From positions 1-64,000 of the forward strand of contig DF237178.1 of NCBI GenBank assembly GCA_000708835.1: a DNA stretch of 64,000 nt, read 5' to 3'. Within the stretch, counting starts at the first letter, position 1. Every line of letters starts with the position of its first letter. Position numbers and translations under genes: made by a program. The notes beneath the pieces were generated by a model. It saw only the letters and a program-made list of their open reading frames with translations. It had not been told where the DNA came from and ran no database searches. Origin of the DNA: Klebsormidium nitens (lineage: Eukaryota; Plantae; Klebsormidiophyceae). This document shows, in pieces, positions 38,501-52,699 of this stretch.

Positions 38501-41500
38501 TCTCTCTGTTGAAGCCGAAGCTCTTCTTCTTCTTGAGCACCGGCCGCACATGGACGTCGATTCGGAAGCCCTCCGTCGGAACGAGCGCCCCTGCAGACGC
38601 TATTCGCAATCAGGCTCTTCCAATGTTCGAGTGCATGTTGCTGGCTACGCGTTTTTAGTGTGAAGGGAAAAAAACGATGATCTATAGACAGAGACCAAAT
38701 TCATAACTCGTTTCAGCTGCCGGAATTTGGAAGTCGCATAAAGCTTGGGCTGAAAAGACTGTGAGCCACACATTTGACCTGCAATGATGATCCGTTGATT
38801 TGTTCTCATGAGAGCTTGTACCAACATCAGTGCTTGGGACATGGACAGACATCGGAGCAAAGTGGACCTCGTAAATGGGCCACTTGCTCTCTTCGAATTG
38901 ACAAAAGTAGTACAGGATAACCTGTGCTGAAAGGCATCTTTCCAACCCACAAAACACTTGGACGCACCAGTGGGAGTGTCCGGCGTTCCCGCGTCGGCGG
39001 CCGAGAAGTCGGGGACAGCGAGGAAGCGCTCGAGGGGCGCCGCAGCCGCGTCTTTCAACTCGGGGGACTGCTGGATGAGGCTCCGGATGTAGAGGATGCG
39101 GACGCGCGCAACGAGAACCGTGTCGACGCCCGGGAGGGAGGCGACCCGTTCGAGGAACGCAAAAGTTGACGCTCGCAGCTCTGCGAAAAGATCGTTCTCA
39201 GAATTTTAAAGTCTCAGCCTTCCAAGAGGACGCACGCAAAGAAAATGATTTCCATGCATGAGATCCGTAAACGGAAGGCGAAAGTCAAAATGCATTCATG
39301 GAGGCGGGCTTGCGCCAAGGTACAAGAGAAGCAGGTCGGCTTGAGTGAAGCCTTCGAAAACGAATTGCGCATAGGCGTTGTAATGCACGCGTGCTCTTGT
39401 CAGCAGGCGAAAGGTAGATTATTATCCCCTTATCAAGTTGCGGAAATCCCCTGAAAGCAAAGCCTTAACTTGTGGATGAAATCTATCAAAAGGCGGGATC
39501 AGGCGAAATCTATCAAAAGGCGGATTCAGGCGACAGTGAGAATTCTGGCACTTGGAACTACTCGAAAAAAATCTTGAGATTGTGCAATCGGCACCTCGAA
39601 GTTTAGATTGGAGATCGACTATTTCAAGGGTTCCTACCATCAGCAGTTAGAAGCAAGAAACCTGTAATGGTTGCAAACGGCCACATCGTTTCGTTGTGTT
39701 TTGAAATGGCCGGCGGAAAATGGTTTGCTTATGAACACGAGCACAGAGGGATTTGGAAAAAGTTAAATAGTATCCAAAAGGAGGGAGCACGTTTGGTATC
39801 CAGACAACAGTGCCCCTCACCTGCGAGCATTTCGTGTTCCCGTGCACTCCCCGCCTTGATGACGGCCGCCAGCACCAGCATCAGCAGCTTATTCACACCG
39901 TCCGCCCGCTCCCCCTCCGTCCCAAACGCATCCACGTCGAACGAGTCCAGCTGGACGCACAAGTACTCGCCAGCTGGCGTCGTCTTTATCGTGCTCTTCG
40001 GCGCCGGCAAACTCTTCGCGCTCGCCGACGGCGTCAACGGCCGCCCCGACGACGACGCCACCGCCGCCTGCCGATCGTTACCGCTGCCGCTGCCGACACC
40101 GTTACCGACCTCTTCGAACTTCGTGTCCGACCCCTCGATGATCCGCCGGAGCTCGATCGACGACGGTCGATAAGACGGCCGGCCCGTCTTTGGGACTTCG
40201 TCTTTTGCCTCGCTTAGCCAGTCGCCGTCCTCCTGCTTGGCTTGCGACTCGGCCTCTGCTGCCGTTAAGCGCTCAAAGAGACGCTCGTTCTCTTGGTGAA
40301 GCCGTTCGATGAGCTCGTCCCGCTTCGCGAGCTCTTCGTCGAGCTTGGACTTGACGAGGTCGTCCGGGGGGGGTGGTTCGACGGTCTTTTTGGGGGGGCC
40401 GTGTAGGGAGGCCATGGCGAGGCACGTGGTGGCCTCCGCTAGTTGCGCCTCCAGCTGGGTGACTTGTTGCTGCAGGACGGAACATTTAGATCATCGAAAG
40501 GAGGAGGGAAGCAACGATCCACAAGCACAATGCATGAAGGCTGTAAGAGCGTCCGAGTATCGAGGACCGGTTCATCCGTGAAATCTGTCGAAGAAGACTC
40601 CGTTCACAGTTGCAAAACGATACCTTGCGCTTCAGCTGCGTGTCAGTGGCGGCTCCGAATCGTTGCAGAGCAAACTCTCCCAAAGATCCCCCCATTCCGT
40701 TTGGCAATCACCGTTCCATAGTATACTCAAGAGTTGAACTATTCGGCTCTTAGACCTGACTCAAGTGGCATCATCAGATTTTCCTTCCAGGTCTCAAGGC
40801 AGAATTCCCCCACCTGCAGCAGCACGACCTTGCGCTCCCGCACTGCCTTCTCCTGCGCGAGCCGCGCCGCGTGGCCCTCACTCATGGCCGCCAGCTCGTT
40901 GCGGTGGTCCTCCTCGACCTCCCGCTTCTGTGCGGCGATGTGCTCATACGCCGTCTCCAGCTGCGGGGGGGATCGTGCACTAATTGAAGAAGTGCCAGAT
41001 ATAAGTCGCATTGGAAATTTTAATTGAGCAACGCGACGTATAATTCTTCCTGGTTCCTTGTAGAAGAGTGCAAGCCCAGCTTTTAAAAGCACCGTCTCCG
41101 AATTCCTTGGGTGAGAATCTAACATCTCCTCTCCTGCTCCTCTCGAGCCCGCGGCAGCAATGCAGACAACATGTCTCCGTTCTGTGTCTTGAACAACAGA
41201 CATGCGATGTAAAAAACAGAATGAATGGCCGTTTGTTCAAAGAAGAATCTTCCGCAAATGCTGCACTCTTCTTCCGGACCCTGATATGTCTGAAACGGCT
41301 TGAGGCGCATCTCAAAGCCGACACGCCAATCTTACAACACCCGCGAACCCTGTTGCGGAAACAGAGAGTCATAAGGCCCGCGATCCTCACCTCCCGTGCC
41401 TGGGCAGCCATCTGCGTATGAGCGCGCTCTAGCTCCCGTTGCCGCTCCTCGGCCCGCCGGTGGTCCTCCTCTAGTTGCCGCTTCTGCTCCGCGATGCGCT

Positions 41501-44500
41501 CGTGCGCCGCTTCTTGTTCCCGCTTCTGCTCGAACAGCCGGGCGTGGTCGCTCTCTAGGTACTCCTTCTGCTGGGAGAGCCGGTCCAGCTCCGCCTACGG
41601 GATTGGACTCATAAAAGTTAAATAATAAGCGGAGACTATGATAAAGTAAGCACGCACTGGAATGGTGGTTTGTGGATAGAATGGGTATGGCTGCGGAGCA
41701 GGAAGCTTTTGAAATAGGATTTTTTACGGTGGGTGGAGCTTAACGTCATCTTGGCTTATTATTCTTGAGTGTCATCTACGAGGGGACCAACTAACACGAT
41801 GCCGCCCACATTCATGTAAATGAACCCTACAAGCATATTCAGATCGTGAGAATCAGGTCCCCGAGCAGACAAGGCGTTGCCAAATTGGAGTACGCTTAGA
41901 AAGAAAGCCGTTCAGAGCGAATTTCCTGCTCCGTTCGCCAACGCAATCAACTCTTTCAGATCACCAGCACTAGCTACACCACGAGAATCCCGCACAAGCA
42001 CATGAAAACAGTGCCACCAAGGCAAAACTACGAAACAAACATCCGCGAATGATCGCTCTCCAGAAAAATCTTACGGTGAGAAAGCCTCCCCATGCAAAAA
42101 CGGACTTAGCTTAACCATAAAGAGCAGGCCAAACGGGACTGTCAAACGAAAACGGAAAAATCAAGTGTTGGCACCAACCCGCATTTGTTCCAGCTCCTCG
42201 TCCCTCGCCCGCAGGTCCTCCTGCGCCTGTTGCAGCTCCGCTTGGCTCTCGGCGCCCCCATCGCTCCGCCGCAGCTCCAGCAACTCCCGCTGGAGCTCCT
42301 CGATCTGGGTTTCCTTCTGATAAAGCTCACGCTTCGCCTCGCTCGCCTGGAGGATAACCAGCAGGGTTAGGAGAAGGTTTGAGGAGACGTTTAGGAACCA
42401 CGGCCAGAATGTGCCACGCGGATGGCCTACAGACCCGATCGGCTTGACGCTTTTTGATATCTGTCCAGAGGATGCCCCGTTCACGCTGACTTTGGACGAT
42501 GCCCCCCTCCCTCGGTGCCCATTCTTTAACGAGGGACCACTATTATTACTATGATCAAGACCGTTCTGGACGAGGAATTTCACAGCTACCGCTTGGGAGA
42601 CATGGATTCGAACAAGGAGCGAGGCAAGGAGCAAGGCAGGCTCCCGACAAGATTTCATCGGAGTGGAAAGTGGACCGAGACAAGCGTCTTTTGGTGGGAA
42701 GAAGTGAAATCGAAGGCACAGCATCCGGGCAGGCTACTGATGCTCAATCCTGCGTCCTGGACATGTTTGCAGAGATGATCACATCAACAGGTGCGGAGCA
42801 CAGAGCGTCAGCAAGACTTGGAGCCCCACCATGTCCCGCCACTTCTTAGTGTTCTCCTTGTTCCCGAGTGTGAGTTCCACATTGCGCGCCCGCGCGGCGA
42901 AGCTCAGCGAGTTGGTCGTCTCCTGCACATCGGCCGCCCCTGGACCGACGTTCACCAGCAGCAGCGCCTTGGCCTCTCCACCTGCACGACGAGGGCAAGT
43001 TCGCACCGCTCATGTCTCAACCATGATGTCAATAAGCGCAGACGCCGCAGACACGATAGCAACACAAGAACGAGGTGAAGGAGGAGATTTACGGTGAGCG
43101 CTGATGACTTCGGTGGAAGTGACTTGTTGGAACTTATGCATGTGTAACAGGCAGTTCTCACGGAGACTGGCTGACAGGCCCGAGAAGTGTGCTTTGCGAA
43201 GGACTACCCTAGTAATGCCAGTGTAAGACCGAACAGTGTGCTTTGCAAGGACGAGCCTAGTGATGCTAACAAAAAAGCTCGCAGAGGACTATCCGCTCTT
43301 GAGCAATGGCGTATGGTGAACTTGAGCAAACCATGACAAAGTCTCGTCTCTGGATGTTCGCACGTGCACCTTTGAAACCAAGTGGAGGAAGGCGTCCCCG
43401 CCATATTCTTGTCGATTCCCGTCACCGAACGCGCCAATCTGATAGCACGCACTCAGTCACCAACGAACTTGCTTTTTGGGTCTTCATCCCTCAATCTCCG
43501 TTCGTCTGACATCCCAGAACTCAAAGACACCTTCAAGAAAGCCGAACACCGCGGACCCTCACCTAGGCAATCCGCCATGAGGTGCGTCAGCTTCGAGTTG
43601 GCGTACGGGATCTGCCGCTTCTGCGCCGTGAGCGCCGAGACCACGTCCCCGACCGCGGAGAGCGACCGGTTGATGTGCAGGCTCTCAGTGAGGCGGTCGC
43701 CGCTCGCTTCGCTCTTGCTCAGCCGCTCGCTCCCCGCCATGTCGACCATCACCAGCTTGCTCGTGTGCTTCTCGCCAGTGAAGATGTCTTGGTACGCCAC
43801 GTGGACCATCACGATCCTGCCACGCGGTTCTCAGAATCAGAGGCGATCTTGATCGGAATGGGGTAAGCTTTTGCGCAGACTAGAAACAGACGCTCCAGCC
43901 ATGCAATCCTGAATTTTAGGAACTCCTTGAAGAAAACATAGGCTTTTGTGCATCAAGGGGCGGAGCTTTCGCTCTTGAAAGTTACAGGCCATTGCGATCC
44001 GTTCGTAAACCTTCTGATTTGGTAGGCGAGCGGACGCAACTCAATAATGGAGAGTTCCGTTGGGGACCTTCTTGACAGACCTCGTAACCCAAAGCGCGTG
44101 CAAGCTTGATCCAGAGACGAGCGTTTCAGTGAAAAGAAGGGCCTGAGGGAAGACCGAATCAGGTTCAAAACACTGAAGACCGGAACAGGTTCAATACACC
44201 GAGGATGTAATTGCTGCAGCATAAGTGCGCGCTCACAGATGCGACTTGCTGCTCCGGTCGCCCGTCCTCCCGAACCCAGCCAAGCGCGCCTTGTTAGCGC
44301 TGCGTAGGATGTTTGCAAAATCCCCTGGCGCAGGCACGACCTCCTCAACCACGTCGGTCACGGTGACCGAGCCATCATTCTCGACCCGGATCTCGTGCTT
44401 CTCGGTCGAGGGCGAGTAGTCCGCGGTCGAGGGGCGTCGCCGCGCGAGGAGGTCCTTGATCTACAATTGACGAGAGGGGAGATAAGAGCTTATTGGGGGC

Positions 44501-47500
44501 CCGTTCCTCATCGATCCGCACCATGTGAATGATGAACTACGTCTTTGGGGAGGCTGAGGATGGCGAGACACACCCCTGGGAACATCGGGGACAAAGGTCT
44601 GGGCTGAAAGCCTTTGCAGATTTCTGAGAAGGTCGGCTATGAAAGACCTCGAGGTTCTTAGATGCGGACAACAAGGGAACTCATCAGAGAACCAGCGCGA
44701 ATTGCAAACACGTCTTTGTCACAGATCGGTCGAGCAAAATATGTGAATTGGCGACTCGGAAAACAGGTTTTGCAGATACTGCTACCTTCTTCGCGGGCAA
44801 TCCTGGTTGTTCTTTGCTGGCAAAGTTGTAGTCATCTCGAATATTACTCAAGATCCAGGAAAGCACGGGACACCTAGCCTCGAACCAAGGCCTTGCAGGG
44901 CTCACCTGTTCGTTGTACATTTCAAGTATGGAGACACTGAAAATGTACTTGGACGTCACTGCCGTGGTTTCGTTGGACAGATGAAAGAGCTCCTCGAATG
45001 CTCGGTGGAAGAGGCCTCGGTTGTGAGGGGTGCCCTCCTGCGAATGGGAATGAAGTCTCGTTTGCAGGCTAATCCTCGTCTTGACCATTGAAAACGGCGG
45101 GCGGCACCTCTGAAGTTGAAGAGACTCGTTGCAACAAGTGTTTGCACCAGCCCTTGCGCCAATCACGTCTTATATACCCACGTTAGTCTGGTGGTGGGGA
45201 GCATGGACCGATCTTAGGAGGCCCACTAAAGTTGCAATCGACTGCGAAACTCGTTGGAAATGTAGTGGGCCACCCAAAGCGCTGAAGTTCCGAGGCCAAT
45301 TGAGCGGTTGTGGTGCAGATTATTGGTACATGATGAAAGACAGCACAGAAAACCGCGAACAGCGAAAGCCCGAAGGGGCACCTCAAGCCAGAAACAGCTG
45401 ATCATTTTGGAGTCAACCTCGAAATTGAATTCAACAACCAAAGAACGATCTTTTAATGACCGCTTGGGCCTACTATATGGTCGGTTTCCTCCCCATCAAT
45501 CGAACCTACTTCAAGCTTCAACCTTTTCCCCTTTTTTGTTTTTTAAGGTGCTCGAACCTCATTTCAAATGGGAAAACTATCTCATATATCTCTTACCATA
45601 GTGTAGGTCTTCCCTGCCCCCGTCTGTCCGTACGCCAGCACGCACGCGTTGTACCCGTCAAACACCGACTGCACGACCGGCTGCACCTCCTCAAACAACT
45701 CCGTCTGGTCCACGTGGGGCCCAAACACGCGGTCAAACTCGTAGTCCCGCTTTGGGATTTGGGATCCCCCCACGTTGGTCGCAGACACGCGGACCGTGTT
45801 CTCGTCGGGAAAGCTGCAGGACATGAGGCCTTCGTCCTCGAACTGGGGTCGCACTCGGGCAAAAACGCGGACGTTTCCTGTGGAGACAGAAGGGGCCAGA
45901 GTGAGATCCATGACTTTCAAGATTTCGTAGCCGTAGATGCAAGAGAGAGGCTCAATATGATCCCCTGCAAAACGCATGGGTGCGAGGATCGAAAGCATGG
46001 AGAAGAGGCAGAGCTTTGACTGCTCAAAAGGGTGGGATAGTACGATGCGCACACAACGGGACAGTCAGCGATGCAATATAAAACATATTGGTTCTTGGAA
46101 GAAAAAAGCCAGCACGCCTGTCGATATTTATCGTGACCTACCAGAAGGACGATGTTTGGAACATTTAGCTGGTGTGTCCGACACATGTTGACGCAAAGAA
46201 TGAACCGTCTAAGTCACGTCTGAACATGCTTTTTTCAATTAGTCACGACAACAGAGACACTCTGCAGTTTCAGAAGCCAAACCACTGCTGTGGCCAGGAT
46301 CATGAAATGCAACCTCTTTGGTTCAGGGGTGCTCTGGTTACTGCAATGAAAAAAGCGTGCGAGGATGGTCGGTGCAGGGACCACATCCACATTGTGGTCC
46401 ACAATAAAGCAAGGGGCTCTTGACCTTCCCAGAAAGCTGCCACGCACATGGGGATCTTGCCAATGCCTTGACTTTCCGATATGCCACTATCTTTACATTC
46501 TTGTGCTTCAATTATGTCAACCGGCATTGGGACAGCACCGCAACCGAAGGAGTGTGACTACTGGGGAAAACGTATTACAGGGCAAATTTTAGACAACCTG
46601 TTCAAAAGTGAAGTCACTCAGGTTATGCATCCTACAATTTTGTCCCTCCCAAGATACTGGATGTTGCATTTGCACACAAACGACGCCCTACTTCTGTCCA
46701 GGCCAATTGAAGTGGCTGCCTCTAAAGCAATTTCTCGCTGTATCAAATGGGCCGGTCAAATGTGATGTTCCAGTGGCAGCATTGTGTCAGGGAATCGTGC
46801 GCATCGGTATGCTCTGACCACCTGAAGATCCTGCAAGCGAGACCCCGCACTCTACTTTCTCCTCAATCTTTGCGCAGGCAAGATGCACCTCTACATCTTA
46901 GAATGCTCAAGAAGTGCCAGACTCACAACCGCCACCCAATCACAGCAGGTCGGCCCTCACCTTTGAGCGACATAAGATCGTTGAACAGCTTCCGCTTCTC
47001 TTTCTTGAGCGGCACCAGGCGCGCGTCAGCATCCCGGACACTCGCATCCAGCTTCCGCGTCTTATCCTGCAGCACGACCAGGTACTTGCGCACCCTTGTG
47101 ATCTTGGCATTGCTATATTCCTGTAGATCGCTCGCCTCTTGTTTCAGCTCCACCCACTCCTCCTTTGTCTTGCTCAGCTTCTCCCTGACCCGCTGTACCG
47201 CCTCCACAAATGCAGCGGTGTACATTCTCCTCGCAGAAACCCTCCCCGTCGAGGGGCTCCCAACGCTGCTCCTCCCAGGGCTCGCGGAATGGGTGCTCGC
47301 AGGACTCCTCGCCTCTGAGGGGCTCTGCATACCTGGGGAAAGATTGCTGACGGTGTGCCTGCGCATATGGACCCCGTGGGGGGGCCTTGCGTCGTTGGGG
47401 TCATCTCCCCCATTTCCTCGGTCCCAATGCTGGCCGATGTATCCGGAGCTTGCGGAGCGGCCTATCGGCGCTGGGGGTGGCACATTCACCCGCAGAGTGC

Positions 47501-47540
47501 CCTTAGGCACGGCGTAGTTTGTTGAGTTTGAATGGGACAT
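35535..47540 (-). CDS. KAC: KAC/KCA kinesin-14 (kinesin-like protein for actin-based chloroplast movement), multi-exon
   Basis: Exons include 47540-46961, 45877-45597, 45037-44906, 44460-44237, 43816-43563, 42981-42830, 42346-42179, several more at 41.6-36.2 kb, and a last exon 35624-35535. KAC-specific blocks ELKQEASDLQEYSNAK, EKRKLFNDL, DGVNKLLMLVLAAVIKAG, AAIMEGWMAGLG, DALGQLLSDYA, QWSVVQF...VKCGAN, ARTPDGTRARYTRLYKTL. Motor GQTGAGKT and DMAGSER. The start codon is approximate. Confidence 0.93.
37619..37684. repeat. Two-copy ~33-bp intronic repeat containing telomere-like TAGGGTTTAGG
   Basis: GGTTGAGGTTTGCGATGTGGGGTAGGGTTTAG followed by GGTTGAGGCTTGCGATGTATGGGGTAGGGTTTAG, just upstream (gene sense) of a KAC acceptor. 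Confidence 0.8.
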
Positions 47541-48693
47541 GTTTGCTGGGGTTTCCAAAAGGTTGGGGAAGCTCCCCTGAGACGCAATTGCTAGCTGCAG
47601 CACATTCTGCACATTACTTCGTCTACGATACGGCCAGCGTGCAAATGCGCCTTTATGGTTTCATCATGAATGGCAAAAACATTGCACCTGTGTTGACAAA
47701 GATTTCCATCCTAAGGTGGAATGCTACTGCAATTGCGTTGCGTGGCTGTTTGAGCGCAACACTTAAAATGGACAGAGCGAAATTGGGGGCCGGTCGAAAT
47801 TGTCTGCCTTTGGCATGAGAAACGGACTTAGAAAGCTCTTCCACAGATCATACTGTAACAAGAGCATTGCAGCCCCCATTCTGTGCTCCTTCTAGGCTTT
47901 GTACGCCGCATTGCCATTGAGCTTGCCATGGGACCATCAAAAATTCAAATTTCAGGCGCTCTAGATTTTCACGAGAGGTGCCTCTGTACGAGGTGTCGAC
48001 GATCAGCGATCATTGTGAAGTGAACGCAGAGTGTGAACAGCTGCAAAGCTAAGCCAAGGTACGTACCATTGGCATAAGGTGCTCAAGTTTCAATAGGGAA
48101 ACCATATCCCGGTTCCGTGGACAACCGCGGGGGTTGCACCTATTCCCACCATCCGCTTGGCTAGTGATATGCAATTCGACATTTAGATACCTATCTGATC
48201 GTGGTTACACTCAGTATGATGATGAAGACTCTAAGCTCAAGGTTATATTAAACCCTATTCCCAGCACTACTTGCTCGCCTTAAGACTCTGAATTGGTTTC
48301 ATTGCGAACGTACTCCCTTGACCCTGTTAGATGTCATGTGGGAAAACCCCGCTTCTTTTACAGCGCGGGAGGCTTCTCAAACTTTCTCCAGGACCTTGAA
48401 AGGCAGGGAGCCCGCAAAAATTGGTGAACTTGTACCAGTCCAACAACAGACGTTGAAGTCAGCAGAAGAGGCGTCCTTTCAGCCGCTCCATTTCCTGCTC
48501 TCAGGACGTTGTCAGAGATTGTGACCATTTTTGGAGGGCTGCGAGTCAGGAGATGCTAAACCTGCCTTTGCTGCCGACCCCCTTTTGTAGGAGAAGTGGA
48601 GGTTTCAGTCACCCTTTACACCCTGCCGTTTGGCACGTTGCCTTTTGCTGTCTTGGCATGCTGCAGTAAGTTTAGAAACTACTAGTGGAAAGA

Positions 48694-51600
48694 ATGGCAT
48701 CTCCGGCCGAGGAGCAGGCTGCCTCTGAGGAGGAGCACCCGGCGACCAGCGAGCTGCTATCTGTGGGATTCAACCAGGACTATGGCTGCTTTGCCTGCGG
48801 CACCGACTCGGGGTTTAGAATATATAACTGTGACCCTTTCAAAGAGACGTTTCGGCGGGAATTCAACAATGGCGGCATCGGCCTGGTCGAAATGCTCTTC
48901 CGCTGCAACATCCTGGCCATTGTAGGTGGGGGCAAGAACCCTCGCTACCCCCCCAATAAGGTCATGATTTGGGATGACCACCAGAGCCGGTGCATAGGCG
49001 AGCTGGCTTTCAGGAGCGAGGTGCGCGCCGTCAGGCTCAGAAGGGACCGTATCGTGGTCGTCTTGGAACACAAGATATACGTGTACAACTTTGCAGACCT
49101 GAAGCTGCTGCACCAGATTGAGACCATTGCAAACCCCAAGGGCCTCTGTGCGCTCTCCCCCGCCTCTAACAGCACAGTCCTGGCGTGCCCTGGCCTTCAC
49201 AGGGGTCAAGTGAGGGTAGAGCTGTATGACCAGAAGAAGACGAGGTTTATTGCGGCGCATGAGTCTGCACTAGCGTGCTTTGCCCTCACACTGGATGGGA
49301 CGAAGCTGGCGACCGCCAGCTCAAAGGGCACGCTCGTGCGTCTTTTCAGCACTGCAGACGGCAGCAAGTTGCAAGAGGTGAGGGCCCGCTACCTTGTCAA
49401 GCTCGGGGCTTTAAAGTTTGTGCTAGAGGCCTGATGTCAAGGAAGGTGCTTACAGACAGGTGCTTGGTGTACAGCTTTTCTCCAAATCAGACCAGGACCA
49501 GTTGCACGAGGGTTTTTCCGGCCAACATTCAACTAGGGGTTGGTTTGGAATGGTGGAATTCTAGTTGTTTGTTTAGGGTTCTGGTTGGGGGTCTGGTCTA
49601 AGCATAGTGTGTGATGAGGGGGTTGTTAAGAATCCTCTCAAGCCAACTTCTTCGTTATCAGCTTGGATGTTCATAGGGGTTTCAAGTTCTCTTTTGAGGA
49701 GCCATCATTTGTCTTAAGCCCCGGTCGATGTTCTCAGCATTTTTTTGAGCTCAGAGACACTGCAGAGACACTGCAGTTGAGAGAGTATGTAAGCAGTGAT
49801 GAAGGTTTTGTTAAGAGTAGCTGCTCCCAGGCAATTGCTCCAACATCAACCAGGTTGCAACTGTGTTCAGTGGTTGTCTTGCAGCTTGTGACTTGGCCCG
49901 TTGGTTTCAAGTTCGCTTTGAAGGTCTGCAAAAATGTGTCGGCCGTTTATTACTGTTGCTGGGGTGCGATGCCAATCGCTTGAGAAACATATCATATTCA
50001 GTGGTTTCCAAGCCTTTGCGTTCATGCACTTTATACAATCGTGTTTCAGGACCAGCTTCGTGTTGAAACTTGTGTTGTCTCTTTAAAGAGCACATACAAA
50101 TCATATTACAGGCTTCACTTGAACGTCAGCTTTTTCCATAATGCAGTGGCTTAACATCAAGCTTCAGTTGTTCAGTAAATGGAGTGGCCTCCTCAACTAC
50201 CGTTATCCAGCCTGCACGCCTCAAATTACTGGCCAATGGTTATTGGGCACCTCAATCTCTGCTTATGCCAGGGGGTAGCGTCTTTCCTCAGGCCTTGATT
50301 GAGGTTGGGATTTGGCCCCCTTTTCCACAAGACTTGGCAAGTTAGCTGTTCAATGACTGGTTTTGTGCACTTTAGCAGGTCAAGGCGAGCTTCCACCTCG
50401 GGTCAGCAGCTCTAACCAAACCCCTCTCCTTATTCAACAGTTCCGGCGTGGGGCAGATCGAGCTGAGATCTACAGTCTCGCTTTCTCCCCTGACGCCCGC
50501 TGGCTCGCGGTTTCGAGCGACAAGGGCACCATCCACGTCTTTGCGATCGGACGGCCCGACGACGCTTCTGCTGACGGGTCCGCTGCTGCCTCCACGAGTC
50601 CAAACTCCAACGGAGGGAATGGAGGAAATGGTGGTTACGTCAACGGTGGAGCCCAAGCGAACGGGCCCGTGCGCAACTCGATGTCGTCGTTGGCTCTCTT
50701 GAAAGGTGCGGTTGGCTTGTTCTGCTTTACATGTCTTGGATTATCAGCTTGTGCACTTTCGAGGCTGTCTCCAGTCTTGGATGTTTTTGTCGGCCTGCTA
50801 AATGCGGCGGCAACGTCTTTGTTTTCTGGGAGCGCCAGCATGCATTCGCGAATCTGGAGCATCCATATGGGAACTCGCAAAGCTGCCCAGGATTCACCCG
50901 AGAGTCGTCTGGGTCGTTCGAACGTCCTTTGCGTCCGTTTACTCTGCACAGAATGCACTGGTTCAGACTGGCAGCTGTTTGCTGTCGGCCGAAACAGCCT
51001 GTACAAAGCCTGGGCACTCTCACCTGGGGATACGATCCTAATTCACGGAGAGTTTTTGCACCAAGTTTGCTGAAACTCCAAGACTCTGGTAACTCAAGTA
51101 TGCCCTAACCGCAGTGTGCCTTAAGATAGACGCCCGGGGGACGGGTGGGGTTGGTATGGTGGTTAGGGTGGGTTGGGGTGTGGAGCGCGTAGCCTTTTTG
51201 TTAGGGATTTTAGTTTGTTGGCTCGGGGTCTACTAATTTTAAGGCACACAGCTGTTAGGGCACACAAGAGTTACCAGTATAACTACAAGTCGACCCTACT
51301 CGTCCTCACGGCGCTTACTTCGAGCACACGCCCTGTTAGGACACACGAAAATGACAAACTAAGAATCGTGTGTGCAGGCGTGCTCCCCAAGTACTTCAGC
51401 TCCGAGTGGTCCCTGGCGCAGTACCACCTGCCGGAGGAGGCCAAGTCGATCGTGGCGTTCGGGCCGCAAAAGCACACGCTCATCATCGTTGGAGCGGACG
51501 GCAGGTCAGCCTCGAATCTTTTGAAACACGAAGGACGTCCTGCAGAGTTTCTGAGAGAGGGTTATGTGATGCTTTCCCGAAGATATTATTTCTCTGGCAG

Positions 51601-52284
51601 TGTCTAGTTTCGGGATGCTACTTCTGAGGAGACTCCAAGCGCGGTGTGACCAAAGGAGAGTTCACAACTCTGCATATGGGTGCCTTTGATTTCTGATTTG
51701 ATGCTCAGAAGGTGTGGTCGGATTGAGCTCGAAACTCGGAGCCCTGGCAGCCGAAGCAGAGGCTTGGGTGGTTAGAGACTGTGGTCCTGGATGTGCCGTT
51801 GAGATGAAACTTATTAACTAAAACTCAGCTACCTTGGGTGGTACCCTGCGTCGTGAGGCGTTCGTCATCTTGCACGTGCTTTCAGTATTTCGTTATTGCA
51901 ACCTCAGTTGACCTGTGGCGGTGCGATGTTCTGATGTCTAGATTGGCTTCGTCTTCCTCACTTTTCCTTTGCATCGAGACCGAAGCAGAAGGCTGTGAGG
52001 GACCAGATTGCTGACGTGGCAGATGCCGAGAACTGTGCCTAAGAAAAATGCTCCGTGTGCACGGAACAGCGATGATATACTTGGTTTCAGGAGCTGCTAG
52101 GCTTTTCCCTTGATGAACGACACAAAAGAGAAGGTCCGTTGCTTTCACGCGCTGCTAATCGGCTCGCCTTCGCTTTTCCTGTTGCAGTTTCCACAAAGTT
52201 TCGTTTGAGCCCACCGCAGGCGGCGAGTGCGCACAGCTGGAGTACAAAAAGTTCATGAAGCCGGATGAAGATGAATCGAGCTAG
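48694..52284 (+). CDS. ATG18: Autophagy-related protein 18 (PROPPIN/WIPI WD40), 4 exons
   Basis: Exons 48694-49377, 50441-50705, 51378-51504, 52188-52284. [57 protein letters not shown] phosphoinositide motif ([16 protein letters not shown]), [20 protein letters not shown]. Confidence 0.96.
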
Positions 52285-52699
52285 ATGTTGATCACGTTCC
52301 CGCTGTGCTGCTTCCTTGTGAGTATTGTATGACTTGTAAATACAACGACTTGTACATTCTTGCTGCTCACGGTCGTTATACATTTCGCGGGCTTTTCAAT
52401 GTTCTGATCTTGGATGCTTGTACCTCAATGGTGGTTTCTGGAGCGAAACCCTCAGCTAGGCTGCTTCCGGATACTGTAGCCTTTCTTTTCCAGATCATGA
52501 TTTGTCAAAGGGGGACTTGCTTGCGAGCCTGGACATTGTGCATCAGATACCCGTATCCGATTGATTTGTTGACAGGGTGGAACACTAAAATGGGGCTGCG
52601 GCCTTGACAGACCAACCGTTTCGCATGCGTGAAGATGCATGCCCAATGTATCGCAGTGCACAGGCTTAAGCCTCAGCACTAACTCGCTGCTAGCATTCA

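Noticed and set aside
48212-48295. Possible C/D-box snoRNA (ATGATGA ... CTGA with a weak 4-bp terminal stem)
   Set aside because: No recognisable rRNA/snRNA antisense guide or D'/C' boxes; such short motifs occur by chance.
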